From a virus, in the IMG/VR virus record IMGVR_UViG_3300042863_000390, positions 2,286-66,285 of that record: a stretch of 64,000 nucleotides of DNA; one strand, 5' to 3'. A model generated the notes under the pieces. It saw nothing but the letters and a program-made list of their open reading frames with translations, was not told the DNA's origin and searched no databases. Shown in pieces: positions 10,682-22,800 of the stretch (the first letter of the stretch is position 1; every line of letters starts with the position of its first letter). The translations under genes were made by a program, and so were the position numbers.

Positions 10682-13600
10682 ATGGCTGAAATTAAAAATA
10701 GTTTTCTATCGTCTAAAATGAATAAAGATTTAGACGATAGACTTATACCTAATAGCGAATACAGAGATGCCTTAAATATACAAGTAGGCAAATCCGAAAC
10801 AAATAATATTGGTGTACTGCAAAATGTATATGGCAATGTTGAAATACCTATAGAAGACATCACGGATTTAGAGTGCATTGGTATGTTTATGGATAACCAA
10901 AATAATAGAATATACCAGTTCTTAACAAACTATAATGATCCAGCTCCAAACCAAATAACCTTATGTGAAACATTACCATATTCCCCTTTTCCTGAAGGCT
11001 GGGTAATGAAAATAACAGTGTATGATTTAAATACATTAACTTCATCAACATTAGTTCAGGGAACTTTCTTAAACTTTTCAAAATCAAATTTAATATTAGG
11101 GGTAAACTTAGTAGAAGGATTATTATTTTGGACTGACAATAGAAATCAACCTAGAAAAATAAACTATAATAAGGCAATAAACAACCCTAACTATTATACT
11201 ACAGAGGTACAAATTTCTGTAGCTAAATATGCACCTATTGAGCCTATATCATTAATACGTAAGGCAGTTACGAATGTTGCAACCGTTATAGATAGCAGTA
11301 CATTTGAATTAGAATCCGCAGTCGGTATAGTTGAAGGTATGACTATTGTAGCGGATGGATTGAGTTCTTGCAATTATACTTATGTTACAAGTGTAGATTA
11401 TCTTACAAATATAATAACTACGTATGCTCCGGCAGCTGCAATAACTAATGGTTTACAATTAACATTTTTAATTTCTACCATGACCAACAAATCAGATGAT
11501 ACAAGTTGGCCAGGGGATCCTGCGTTTTTAGAAGATAAATACGTAAGGTTTAGTTATAGATTTAAGTTTGATGATAACGAGTACTCTTTAATGGCTCCGT
11601 TCACTCAAATAGCATATATACCTAGGCAAAAAGGTTATTTCATTAATGGGGATGAAACTGGTGCTTATAGCAGCACAATAGTTAAATGGATGGAAAACAA
11701 TGTTAATAATATCGAGTTATTAATTCCATTACCAGATACAGGCGCAAATATAAATTCAACCTATAAAATAGTAAGTGTTGATGTATTATATAAAGAATCA
11801 GATTCATTAGCGGTAAAAGTATTAGAGACGGTGCCTTGGACAACTATAAGCAATAGTATACCTACTATAAATGTTTATAATTATCCATACCAATCGCAAA
11901 AGCCATATAAAACATTAAATGAAAATCAAACGACTAGAGTATATGATATTGTACCTACTAGAGCTTTAAGCCAAGAGATATCAGGTAATAGAGTTATATA
12001 TGGTAACTTTTACAATATGTATACTCCTCCTGCTAATATAAATTATTATACAGCGGTACAACCAAAGTCTGATGCATTTACAAACTTTATAGAATATCCT
12101 AACCATACTTTAAAACAAAACCGTAATTATCAAGTAGGGTTTATTTTAGCAGATAAGTTTGGTAGACAATCTTCTGTTTTATTATCTACTGTGGACCTTA
12201 CTAATATACAAGAAGGATCTATAAAATACGGCGGGTCAACGGTCTATGCCCCATATAAACCAGAAAGTGATTCATCAGATGTGAAATGCTGGTTTGGGGA
12301 TGCTTTATTAGTGCTGGTCAATGATCCAATAACATCGTTACGTAATATACCTGGGGGAACTCCTGGATTATACGCTGAACAAACCTCTCCTAATGGTTTT
12401 TCAATAACTGATGGAGAAATAACAGGCAATACTTATAAGTTTGTTTTAGAACCAACCGCTACAAATACTATACCATTTGCAGGGCAATCTATGCGTGGAG
12501 CCTTTACAGACTACGTGAGAATAAATAATGTTTCCGCCGGACCTTCTCCTTGGGACTATACTATAACAACTACTGCTCAAGTAAATAATTTATATTTATC
12601 AGTACCTACAGCGCCTGGAGTATTTGACACGAAGTTTGTTTATACTATAAATGAAATAGGATGGTATTCATACAGAGTAGTTGTTAAACAACAACAGCAA
12701 GATTACTACAATGCATACTTACCCGGAATGCTAGATGGTTACCCATCAGGGCAAACCTTTGGAAGTCAAGTAACATATACTGGTACCTTTGATCCAACAT
12801 TAGAGAACGGAATAAACACCACTAATTTTCCAGTAGGAGAGGAAGGTAAAACAAGCCATATTGTATTAATCAATGACAATATAAATAAAATACCAAGAGA
12901 TTTAAGTGAAGTTGGACCAGACCAAAAACAATATCGTAGTAGCGTGCAATTATTCGGTAGAGTAGAAAACACTGCTTTAACATATGAATTAGAAAGTGAA
13001 TTACCTTTTAATAATAAATACGCTACCACTATAACATATGATTTAGCGGCAAACCCACTTATATTTGATAATGTGAAACCTGGAGATGGGATACAATCTG
13101 TGGAAGCTAATGCTCCATATCCTAATCCAGATCCTTCTCCTCCTGGTCCTCCAACTATAGCAAGTCCATATGCTTGGTATGGAGATACCGTAGTGGTGTC
13201 AAATATAATTGACCCATTAGATCCAACTAAAGGTATAATAACATTCTCTCCACCAAACTGGACAAGAGAATCCGGAGGAACACCAGGTCCTGGGTTTATA
13301 AATTATATTATTACTAAAGCTGAAAACGTACAATATTTTCCTACAAGAAAAGCGGACGTGGTATCATCTATTGCTACAGCAACTGACTTCAACTTCTTAG
13401 AGAATACCGTAGACAATGTTAGAGGTTCCGCTGGGCTTAACTTTTATCAATTACAAACAAGACCATTGATAGGTAGAGTTTCTACAACAAAAACAATCGG
13501 AGTTCCTAGCGATTTAATGGTCCCTTTTTTAAGTGTTTATGAAACGGCTCCTGAGACTTCTGCTTTAGCATTGTTCTGGGAAACTGCATCAACCGGATAT

Positions 13601-15799
13601 ATATCTGATTTAAACTACGATGTTTTAAACGGCTATGATGGTCCTGCTTCTATAAGCCCTACCGAATTTGAGTTCTTTGAAGACCAAGATCCAGATGGGC
13701 CAGGTTTAGTAACTGGAGCAGAAGATTCACCATATATAACAGGAGAATTTGAGATATTAAATAATACAGGATTTCCATTAACATTAATTAGCACTCCAAT
13801 TCTTCTTGAAGTTACTAATCTTTTGGGAGATGTAGTGACAGATAAGTTTGAAATAGAAGAAACCACCCCTGGATTTTATAGACTAAAAATAACAGATTAT
13901 TTTGTATTTGATTTTAGTGCGTCTTTAGGAGGTAGCACTTTTATTTTTACACTTAATGTAGAATGGCAGCCCGGAGTATTCAATACAATAACTTATCAAA
14001 ATAGATTAGGTAATATCGCACCATCATTTGACTTGCCTTTCCCTGATTATAATACAGTTATAGATCAAACAGTTGGGCCAGTAGTAACTATGACTGCAAA
14101 GAATGGCACTAGCACTCCAGGACTAGTCGCTAATCAGATTAATTTATATTGGGATATTCTTAACGGTAATGATGATAATTATTTTTCAATAGACAATACA
14201 ACTGGAGTAATAACTTTAATCAATGCAAGTGTTCCTTTGGGAACTTATGTATTAGAAATTATAGTATATGACGCGTATCAAGCTGTTCCACCTACTCCTG
14301 TAGTCGGGGTGTCTCCTTATAGATCATTCTCTGATGATATACTAGTTAATATTACGGTTGGTCCAAAGCCGGTTAATGATTATTTACAATATTATAATAC
14401 ACAAGACTTTGTTTGGCAATATTACACAGGATCAGGCATAACTTGTGCCCCTGTTCCAGGACAAGGATACGGAGCGGTATATATTGGTAGAGGTGATTAT
14501 GAATTAGATCCAATAACACATATTAATACAAACTTACCAGACTTATTACAAACCACTCCAGCTCCGGCTACTAGAGCATATCAAGCTTATAGAAACGTTC
14601 AAATTGAAAACGGAGCAGACCCTGTAATTGATTCGCCTTCTATATTTGGACTTACAAAAGGTTCATTAGAATGGACTATAAGAACAAAAGGTATTAGTAA
14701 TTCGGTAGAAAGTAGAGAAAGCGATGTAAAGTTTATATTATATTATCGACCTTCATTTGATGCTCCTAATAATATATGGGCACCTGTTTTAGATGATAAT
14801 AATGTTGGACCGGTATTAGTTGTGCCTACAGTATGGGCAAATGGATTTGAGAATTCAGGAATATTAGATTACAAATTAGGCGTAAAAACAATATCTGCCG
14901 GTACAACTTCAGGCACGTATGTTGAAAGATCTACTTCTTTTGTAACATCAACTCCTGGAGAATATTGTTTGGTTATATGGCATCAATATAATACATTATT
15001 AGATCCAGGAGAACCGCAGCCTGCTTGTTCTGTTGAATTTGCTACTTCGGTAGAAGTTAAGGACGCTAATTATACTTATGCTGATTTGCCTCCTAATCCA
15101 ATTTCTCCAAATCCAGATTTTGTTAATCCACCAGCTATTACAACAGCTTATGAGTATAACGTTCAAATTAGAGATTATTTCAATGATCCTAACGGAGTTC
15201 CGTATGCTACTCAGGACGCAGCAAATGGATTTTATTTTACAAAGCCAGGCACATTAGCAAGCACGGCTACTATTGGCACCAACATATTAAATTTAACAAC
15301 AGCAGATCCTCAATTAGTAGATGGATTATATGTAACCTTACCAGGAGTTTCAGCTACTTTACAAATAACAAATGTTAGCGGAACAACTATTATATTATCA
15401 AACAATTTGGATGCAACTGTTGCCAGTGGAGCGATTGCTACATTTAGTTATGCGATAACAGATCCTAGAGGAACTGTATGGGCTACAACTGACAATGGAT
15501 TGCATGTGCAACAGTTTTACACGGATTCTAATCTTGCAGATGTTTGGTTACCACCATTGGCGGATAGTTTTTATTTATTCCAGAATACCGATAGAGATTA
15601 CAATATAGAAGTAACAGGCCCTTACCCATCAACCCCAGCGGTTACTAATAAACCTTTGTTCTCTGCTAAATTTGATAATTTAGGAAGAGTTACTGGTTTA
15701 CCTGTGCCTGAGAATACAAATCAAACAGCATGGGCGGAAGACGGAGACTCATTAATTAATTTCGGAAGGAATCTATCGCAATATGTGGAATTAGCATAG
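10682..15799 (+). CDS. Tail nozzle/stabilisation protein with C-terminal Ig/cadherin-like extensions
   Basis: N-terminal KMNKDLDDRL..EYRDALN and LFWTDNRNQPRKIN beta-propeller-type motifs; cadherin-like FSIDNTTGVITL. Confidence 0.6.
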   Translation: MAEIKNSFLSSKMNKDLDDRLIPNSEYRDALNIQVGKSETNNIGVLQNVYGNVEIPIEDITDLECIGMFMDNQNNRIYQFLTNYNDPAPNQITLCETLPYSPFPEGWVMKITVYDLNTLTSSTLVQGTFLNFSKSNLILGVNLVEGLLFWTDNRNQPRKINYNKAINNPNYYTTEVQISVAKYAPIEPISLIRKAVTNVATVIDSSTFELESAVGIVEGMTIVADGLSSCNYTYVTSVDYLTNIITTYAPAAAITNGLQLTFLISTMTNKSDDTSWPGDPAFLEDKYVRFSYRFKFDDNEYSLMAPFTQIAYIPRQKGYFINGDETGAYSSTIVKWMENNVNNIELLIPLPDTGANINSTYKIVSVDVLYKESDSLAVKVLETVPWTTISNSIPTINVYNYPYQSQKPYKTLNENQTTRVYDIVPTRALSQEISGNRVIYGNFYNMYTPPANINYYTAVQPKSDAFTNFIEYPNHTLKQNRNYQVGFILADKFGRQSSVLLSTVDLTNIQEGSIKYGGSTVYAPYKPESDSSDVKCWFGDALLVLVNDPITSLRNIPGGTPGLYAEQTSPNGFSITDGEITGNTYKFVLEPTATNTIPFAGQSMRGAFTDYVRINNVSAGPSPWDYTITTTAQVNNLYLSVPTAPGVFDTKFVYTINEIGWYSYRVVVKQQQQDYYNAYLPGMLDGYPSGQTFGSQVTYTGTFDPTLENGINTTNFPVGEEGKTSHIVLINDNINKIPRDLSEVGPDQKQYRSSVQLFGRVENTALTYELESELPFNNKYATTITYDLAANPLIFDNVKPGDGIQSVEANAPYPNPDPSPPGPPTIASPYAWYGDTVVVSNIIDPLDPTKGIITFSPPNWTRESGGTPGPGFINYIITKAENVQYFPTRKADVVSSIATATDFNFLENTVDNVRGSAGLNFYQLQTRPLIGRVSTTKTIGVPSDLMVPFLSVYETAPETSALALFWETASTGYISDLNYDVLNGYDGPASISPTEFEFFEDQDPDGPGLVTGAEDSPYITGEFEILNNTGFPLTLISTPILLEVTNLLGDVVTDKFEIEETTPGFYRLKITDYFVFDFSASLGGSTFIFTLNVEWQPGVFNTITYQNRLGNIAPSFDLPFPDYNTVIDQTVGPVVTMTAKNGTSTPGLVANQINLYWDILNGNDDNYFSIDNTTGVITLINASVPLGTYVLEIIVYDAYQAVPPTPVVGVSPYRSFSDDILVNITVGPKPVNDYLQYYNTQDFVWQYYTGSGITCAPVPGQGYGAVYIGRGDYELDPITHINTNLPDLLQTTPAPATRAYQAYRNVQIENGADPVIDSPSIFGLTKGSLEWTIRTKGISNSVESRESDVKFILYYRPSFDAPNNIWAPVLDDNNVGPVLVVPTVWANGFENSGILDYKLGVKTISAGTTSGTYVERSTSFVTSTPGEYCLVIWHQYNTLLDPGEPQPACSVEFATSVEVKDANYTYADLPPNPISPNPDFVNPPAITTAYEYNVQIRDYFNDPNGVPYATQDAANGFYFTKPGTLASTATIGTNILNLTTADPQLVDGLYVTLPGVSATLQITNVSGTTIILSNNLDATVASGAIATFSYAITDPRGTVWATTDNGLHVQQFYTDSNLADVWLPPLADSFYLFQNTDRDYNIEVTGPYPSTPAVTNKPLFSAKFDNLGRVTGLPVPENTNQTAWAEDGDSLINFGRNLSQYVELA

Positions 15800-15825
15800 T
15801 GGATTCGTTAAAAACATAAAAAAAC

Positions 15826-15843
15826 AAGTAATTATTAAATATG
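15826..15843 (+). promoter_or_regulatory. Candidate class-II promoter AAGTAAT-N7-TAT(G)
   Basis: Shared motif abutting the start codon at 15841. Confidence 0.4.
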
Positions 15844-17394
15844 GCAGCAACACTAGAATTAAAATATTTTAATTCATTTTGGTTAAAGAAAATGGATACT
15901 ATTGTGAATGTCACAAACGGATCTTATATTACCGATAGTGACGTTACTGTTGGTAGCAATACTATGATATTAACTACTCCTAATACTTTTTTAGGGGTAG
16001 GTCAATCTTTAGAATATACTGTTGACGATGTATTGTACATAAACGTAGTATTATATATGCTAGCCCCTAACTCAGTAGTCTTATTAAACCCAATTGAAGT
16101 AGAAATACCAGCCGGTACTACAGTTGTATTTGGCCCTATCGTTGATTTTACACATATACCAGCCGCTTATGATCCTACTCCAGTTTCTGATTGGTATGTA
16201 GAAGAAGCAAGAATTAGAGGCGGGTATAATAATACATCCGTAGATTTTGGGGTTAAAGCGTACTTAGTGGAAGATTCCATAACTCAGCAGCATCGATTTA
16301 ATTCATTAATTTATTCTGGAGTATTTAATTCAAGAACTGGAGTTAATAATACAAATCAATTTTCAGTAGCTGATGATATAACAAGAAGTTTAGACCCATC
16401 TGTTGGTTCAATACAAAAGTTATATGCAGAAGATACTAACTTAATTATATTCCAAGAATCAAAAGTAAGTAGAGCATTAATTGATAAAGATGCAATTTAT
16501 TCTGCAGAGGGACAACCAATAACTACTTCTGGTGCTCAAGTAATTGGCCAGGTTCAACAATATGCCGGTAACTACGGCATTAGTACTAACCCGGAAAGTT
16601 TTGCTGTTTATGGATACAGAAAATACTTTGTAGATAAGAATCAAAACGTTGTTTTAAGATTGTCTCAAGATGGTATAACTGAAATATCAGCATACGGAAT
16701 GATAGATTACTTTAGGGATAACCTATCGTTGATTGGTGGTACAGGTAGATTGATTGGTGGATGGGATATGTACAATAAACAATATGTATTATCATTACAA
16801 CCACCTGATACAGAAGACTACCAAACATTAGCTTTTGATGAAGATTGTAACGGTTGGACAAGTAGATTCTCGTTTAAACCAGATTTAGCGGGAAGTTTAA
16901 GAAATAACTTTTACACATTTAAGAATGCTAATATATGGAGACACTACGCGGATCCAAGTACAACATTAATAAATTATTGTAATTTTTACGGTGTACAATA
17001 TGACGCTACAGTTACTTTAATATTCAATCCTGAAGTATCAATGTCTAAGAACTTTAATACATTGAATTATGAAGGATCCACGGGTTGGGCTTTAGAAGCT
17101 TTATACTCTAATTCAGATGTTGCAATACCAATTGAAAAATCTGTTAATGCAAATAACTTAGCTGCTTTAGAAAATCAATTGTTTACGAATAATTTTAAAA
17201 GAAAAGAAAATAAATATTTTGGAACAATTATAAATAATACACCACCAACTTATGGCGAAATTATTTATGGTAATTCTATGAATGGTATAAAAGGATTTTT
17301 CTCTACAGTTAAAATGGTATTTGTAAACCCTTCAACTCCGCAAGCTGCAGAATTGTATTCTGTATCATCAAATTACGTCATGTCATCCTATTAA
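15841..17394 (+). CDS. Tail nozzle-related protein (resembles C-terminal half of stabilisation proteins)
   Basis: YGISTNPESFA, VLRLSQDGITEIS, FKRKENKYF motifs. Confidence 0.55.
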   Translation: MAATLELKYFNSFWLKKMDTIVNVTNGSYITDSDVTVGSNTMILTTPNTFLGVGQSLEYTVDDVLYINVVLYMLAPNSVVLLNPIEVEIPAGTTVVFGPIVDFTHIPAAYDPTPVSDWYVEEARIRGGYNNTSVDFGVKAYLVEDSITQQHRFNSLIYSGVFNSRTGVNNTNQFSVADDITRSLDPSVGSIQKLYAEDTNLIIFQESKVSRALIDKDAIYSAEGQPITTSGAQVIGQVQQYAGNYGISTNPESFAVYGYRKYFVDKNQNVVLRLSQDGITEISAYGMIDYFRDNLSLIGGTGRLIGGWDMYNKQYVLSLQPPDTEDYQTLAFDEDCNGWTSRFSFKPDLAGSLRNNFYTFKNANIWRHYADPSTTLINYCNFYGVQYDATVTLIFNPEVSMSKNFNTLNYEGSTGWALEALYSNSDVAIPIEKSVNANNLAALENQLFTNNFKRKENKYFGTIINNTPPTYGEIIYGNSMNGIKGFFSTVKMVFVNPSTPQAAELYSVSSNYVMSSY

Positions 17395-17438
17395 TTAGGA
17401 TTAAATAAAAATAATACGAACTTAAAAAATAAATAATT

Positions 17439-18380
17439 ATGCCAGTACCATTAGTAGCAGGTATGCTTGTAAGTGCAGGAGCCAATATAATTGGAGGAAT
17501 AATGGGGATGGGATCTGCTGATCGCGCCGCTGAAGCCGCTAGAAGGGAAAAAGCTAGATTACAAGCAGAATTAAATAGCTTAGAAAATAGCAGACAAGCC
17601 ATTATCAATCCTTATGAAACAACTAGGGATATTAGTGGGCTTGCTAAAGATTTATCTGGAATGATAAGTAATCCTTATGCTAATTTAGGTGTAGCTACCC
17701 AAGCTGCAAAAATGCAAGCTGAGGAAGCTGATATGTCTTTAGCTAATACTTTAGATACTCTTAAAGAAACTGGATCAAGTGCCGGTGGAGCAACTGCTTT
17801 AGCGCAAGCTGCATTAAAAAGCAAACAAGGTATATCTGCTAATATTGAGCAACAAGAAGCTGCTAATGAGAAATTAAGGGCTCAAGGAGAGGCTGACATG
17901 CAAAGAATGAAAATGGCAGAAGCCCAAAGAATACAAGGCGTTCAAATTAGCGAAGCGCAAAGAATACAAGGTGCTGAAGCTGCGGGTAAACAATTTATGT
18001 TTGGGGCAAGAGAAGGAAGGGAGCAACAAAAGATTGATAGAGTTGCCGGACAATTAGGAGGCGCACAAGCACAAGAGGGGCAGGCTAATGCAAATTATAC
18101 ATCGGCATTAACCGGTATGATTGGTGGAATTGCTTCTACAGCAGGATCTTATATGAGTGCTATGGGGCAATCAGCTTCGGGAGGTACTACTAATAATAAC
18201 TTTGATTGGAGTGGGTCGGTACAAAGTAGTGGTTTAAATCCAGTCAGTATGGCAACACCAGTGGGGGCTTCAATCTCTCAATTTAATCCTAATCCAATAA
18301 TACCAACTGCGGCTCCGTTATCAATACCCCCAAATTATGGGATGCCTAATTACGGGGCAGCCGGAACAAGATATAGATAA
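17439..18380 (+). CDS. Putative DNA ejection / internal virion protein
   Basis: Ala/Gly/Gln-rich helical protein with hydrophobic glycine-rich N-terminus, first of three genes after the tail. Confidence 0.55.
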   Translation: MPVPLVAGMLVSAGANIIGGIMGMGSADRAAEAARREKARLQAELNSLENSRQAIINPYETTRDISGLAKDLSGMISNPYANLGVATQAAKMQAEEADMSLANTLDTLKETGSSAGGATALAQAALKSKQGISANIEQQEAANEKLRAQGEADMQRMKMAEAQRIQGVQISEAQRIQGAEAAGKQFMFGAREGREQQKIDRVAGQLGGAQAQEGQANANYTSALTGMIGGIASTAGSYMSAMGQSASGGTTNNNFDWSGSVQSSGLNPVSMATPVGASISQFNPNPIIPTAAPLSIPPNYGMPNYGAAGTRYR

Positions 18381-18400
18381 AAAATAAATATACATAATAT

Positions 18401-19873
18401 ATGGGAGCTTACTCAAATCCAGAAACATTTATAGATACGCAATCAGCACAAGCATACCAAAGACTACAAGATACTATATCTGGTACTTTTGCTAATGTTG
18501 CGCAGTCTTATGCTACAAGGCAAAAAGAAATACGTGCACAATTAGAAGAAAATGCTAAGCAAATAAAAGCTAATGAAATGAAAGCTCAGGAATACGAGTT
18601 CTCATTATATACTGATTTAGCAAAGTCTACAGCATCAGATCCTTCTGTTGACTGGGCAAAAACATATGAACCATTGATTAATGAAGCGGTGCAAATTCGT
18701 TCTGGAATGTTAAATGGTACATTGAAAGATAAGCAAGGAGCAATGAAAAGGCTTGGTCAAATACAAGGATCAGTTGACAATGTAGTTCAATCAATCGCTA
18801 CAATGTCCGGTGCTAGCGAAACCTTTATGAAAGATATGGCTAAAGGAGTCGCTGTTCAAGGTGGAATTGCTTCAAGTAATAGTCCTAAGTTTCTTAATGC
18901 AATGAATGTATTATTGCAAAAAATTCCCGGGAAAAAAGAAGTATATTTTAAAGACGGTGATCCTTCAAAATTAATGTGGAAAGTAAGTGACGCAGAAGGT
19001 AATGTTTTACAAGAGTTTGATGCGGATCAATTAAAGAAAATTTCACAAGGTAATGGTATTATTAGAACTATACCAAATCAAATAGCGGAATTTGATAAAT
19101 TAAAATCTACAAACTCAAGCATATTTGAAACTGTTCCACCAAAACCAGGCGAAAAAGGAGATCCAATGCCTACAGGCCAAATTAACCCTCAGTTTTTAGT
19201 TAAAAAAGATGGTAAACCTAAAGTTATAGTAAATAAAATAAAAACGCCCGATGGTACCGATGTAATAACTTACACACAAGAAGTAGATCTTAAAGCAATT
19301 AGAGAGGATGGTAATTTCCAAACTACATTAACAGCTCAAGCCAATGGTCTACTAGACTCAAATCAATCCGCTGCGATTGACTTCTATAATGATATAATGA
19401 GTAATCCGCAAGGGAGATGGAAAGGCACAGGTTTATCATTTGATCCTAATAAACCATTGGATGAAGCAGGTAAGAAAAAATTTATTGAAGATTATAAGGA
19501 ATACTATATTAATACTCAAATAGTACCAACGCAACCATTACTAAGACCTGATCCAGATCAAGTAGCATTTGTAGAAAAAGCTGAAAAACCTAAAAAAGGA
19601 GAGGGTGTAAAAACCGATAAAAGCGCAAAAGCATTTTTTACCGAGGCAGAAGTTGAAAGTTATAAACAACGCTTTGTAGATTTAGTTGATGGGACAATAG
19701 AAAAAATTGAATTACCAACTAAAGGCAAAGGCAGAAGAATCTTTGAATTTAATGAAGGCAAAGTACAGGAAGTAAATGCTAAAGGTGAAATATTAAATGA
19801 TAAAGTAACGGGAGAAGAATTTAGATCATATCTTGGTATTATGCCAAAATCAAAAAAAGTTAATTTACCTTAA
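18401..19873 (+). CDS. Putative internal virion/ejection protein
   Basis: 490 aa, position between ejection-type genes. Confidence 0.5.
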   Translation: MGAYSNPETFIDTQSAQAYQRLQDTISGTFANVAQSYATRQKEIRAQLEENAKQIKANEMKAQEYEFSLYTDLAKSTASDPSVDWAKTYEPLINEAVQIRSGMLNGTLKDKQGAMKRLGQIQGSVDNVVQSIATMSGASETFMKDMAKGVAVQGGIASSNSPKFLNAMNVLLQKIPGKKEVYFKDGDPSKLMWKVSDAEGNVLQEFDADQLKKISQGNGIIRTIPNQIAEFDKLKSTNSSIFETVPPKPGEKGDPMPTGQINPQFLVKKDGKPKVIVNKIKTPDGTDVITYTQEVDLKAIREDGNFQTTLTAQANGLLDSNQSAAIDFYNDIMSNPQGRWKGTGLSFDPNKPLDEAGKKKFIEDYKEYYINTQIVPTQPLLRPDPDQVAFVEKAEKPKKGEGVKTDKSAKAFFTEAEVESYKQRFVDLVDGTIEKIELPTKGKGRRIFEFNEGKVQEVNAKGEILNDKVTGEEFRSYLGIMPKSKKVNLP

Positions 19874-19892
19874 TAATAAAATAAAATAGAAT

Positions 19893-22800
19893 ATGCCTAT
19901 ATATATTTATAACGGAACAGAATTTTCAGAAGAAGACGTAATTGCTAAGGCAAGAGAAAAAGATATGGATTTAGAATCCTATATTAATAAATTTGGTATT
20001 AAGAAGGTTGAAGATAAAATGCCGGGAAAGCCAAAACCTGTTGTAAAAAAGGATGCAGTTGCAACAGTAAAAAGTACGGCATCCAAATCGGCGGAACCTT
20101 CTTCGGCGTCACCTGTTAATCCATTTGGTAAACCTAAAACAATTGATCCGCTTGGATTAGAAAAACTTAAAAGTGCCCCTGCTCCAAAAGCAAAAAAAGA
20201 AACTGTGTTTAATCCAAAAAAATTTGCTAATGAGGTTAGCTCTCAAGCAAATGAAGGATTCTATACAAAAGGGGAAAGAAACATGCTGCTTAATAATACA
20301 AAGCAAAAAGAATTAGAGAAAAAAACTGTAGATAAGGTTTTTAATGATTTTGATAATTTAAATTACTCTAGTTTATCTCCTGAAAAAAAGCTTGAATTAG
20401 ACGATACAGCGGTAAAAATTTTAACAGCAAATCAAAAACCGGGAACACCGTATAAATTTACTACAAACGATATAGAGTTAAAATCGCAAGAGATTTTAGC
20501 TAAGGCATCGGACAAAAAGAAATCTATAGAGGGAGCGTCTTACTTGGATAGAGTCATAAGCGGTATTGCTAAAACTACTAATTATGTTGGAGAAAGCTTT
20601 GCTTCAATGCCAGAAACCATTTATAGGGTATTTGCACTGCCTCAAAATGCCGTTGCTGCTATTACGGGTAATAAAGAACTAGAAGCCACTCCTGAAAAAT
20701 TTAAAAAACAAACCGGGTTAAATAACCCTGTAATGGACTATTTTGTAGACGAACAAAAAAGAATACAAAAAGTTAATAATATATTTGACAATGCCAACTA
20801 TGACTCTCAAAGCATAACTGAGAATTTAAAAACCGGTAATTACTCAGATGCTTTTAAGCTTTTAGGGGTTGGTTTAGCGGAAAGCGCTCCAATAAGTATT
20901 GGTATGATGGCCGGAGGTGCAAATATGAGTATTGGTAAATTAGCTGCAGCGTCAACCGCTGTTATGGCTGGTCCTGAAATTAGGCAACAAAAGGAAGCAA
21001 ACCCTGATTTATTTGAAATAGAAAATGTAATGAATGGTTTTGGCATGGCTGGAGCTGAAAGTGTATTTTCCGCAATAGGCGAAGGTAGTATAGGTAAAGT
21101 ATATAAAGATATAATAAAAAAAGAGGGTCTTGAGAATGGAGCAAAAATATTTAAAGACGGCTTAATATCAACTTATCAAACAGCATTAAAAAAATATGGG
21201 GTTCCAGCAGCAATGTTAGGAGAAGGATTAGAAGAAGTTGCTACAACAGTTACACAAAATTTAATATCTAAAAAACCAGCTTTTGAGAATACAATGGACT
21301 CATTTATAGCAGGTGTTGGTGGTGGAGCTGTTTGGGGTTCTCCTATTACATTACAAAAGTCAATAGTAGGATTTAAAGACGGGCTAACCGTGCACAAAAT
21401 AAATACAGAATTAAAAACCGGTAACGCTTCCAATTTAAAAGAAGTATTTAATCCGAATACGCCTATTACCGAAACTCAAATAAAAATTGCCTCAATACCA
21501 AATTCTTATAAAATATTAACTAGCCAAATTGATAATGATATTGCGGCTGATAATATGACTGCTGAAGAAGGTGATAAAATAAAAATGGAATATGCAGCTA
21601 CTTATCACGCTGCGAATCAATTAAAGCCGTTAGAACTTCCTAATACTACTAGTGTTGAGGTTGCTAATTTATTAAAAAATAGAGATCAATTAACTAGAAT
21701 AATTAAAAATGTTAATGATCCAACTTTAACAACATTTCAATTAGATAAAGTAAAAGAAATAAACTCTAGAATAAGTGAATTAACAAGTGCTGTTGCTAAA
21801 GAAAAAATGGAAGGTACTATTAGTGCTGACATAGAAAGAACCGCGATTGCTTCTCAAGCATTAGAGGTGGAAGAAGAGATTGAATTACCTAATTTAAATA
21901 CAGCAAATGATGTAATAAATTATTTAAGTAAAAATACTGATCTTGATAAAGATACTATAAATGAAGCCGCAAATAAATACGGTGCATTTATTCCATTATC
22001 AAATGGTAAAGAAGCATTAATAATAAATAAGGAGGAAGCAGCAATGGATCAGGTAGTAACTACGGGTCAGCATGAGTTCTTACATAAACTTATATATAAA
22101 GCGGTAAAAGATAATGTTGATTTGCAAAAAAAAATAGGTGCGGATTTATATAATCACATTGAAAATTATATTGGTACTGAAACTCTAAATAATACTGAAT
22201 TTAAACAAAGATATGATACATATAAGCTTGATTTTGAAGATACAAAATTTGAATTAGAAGGTAAAATAACAAAAGCAAAAGAATATTTTAATAAAGGGCT
22301 AATATTACAAGATCAATACGATCAAACCCTTTCTCAGGCAAATTCACTTATAGCTAAAGCTGAGGGTAAGTATTTAGAAGAAACATTGCCTTTATTATCT
22401 GAAGCTTTAACTAAAGGAGATATTAAATATAATGAAACATTCTTTACTAAGATTGGTGATATATTACGTAGAATATTCCAAAAATATGGATTAAGTAAAG
22501 TAAAATTTAATACAGGTAAAGATGTATTTGATTTCGTAAGAGATTATAATAAGAGTTTTGAGAAAGGACAATTTACAAAAGCATTCAAGTCATTAGCAAA
22601 AGAAGGAGCTTATAAAGGATCTATTGCAAAAGGCAATGCTCCAGTTAGAACTGCTATTAAAACCGAAGTAAAGAAAAGTCAGGGATTATCACAAGTTGAA
22701 ACTTTAAAGAATCAACTAAAAGAAATACAAGATAATGAATTTGATTATGATCCTGATGATTTTGATCAACAAGTTGCTAACTTACAAGGTAAGATTAAAA

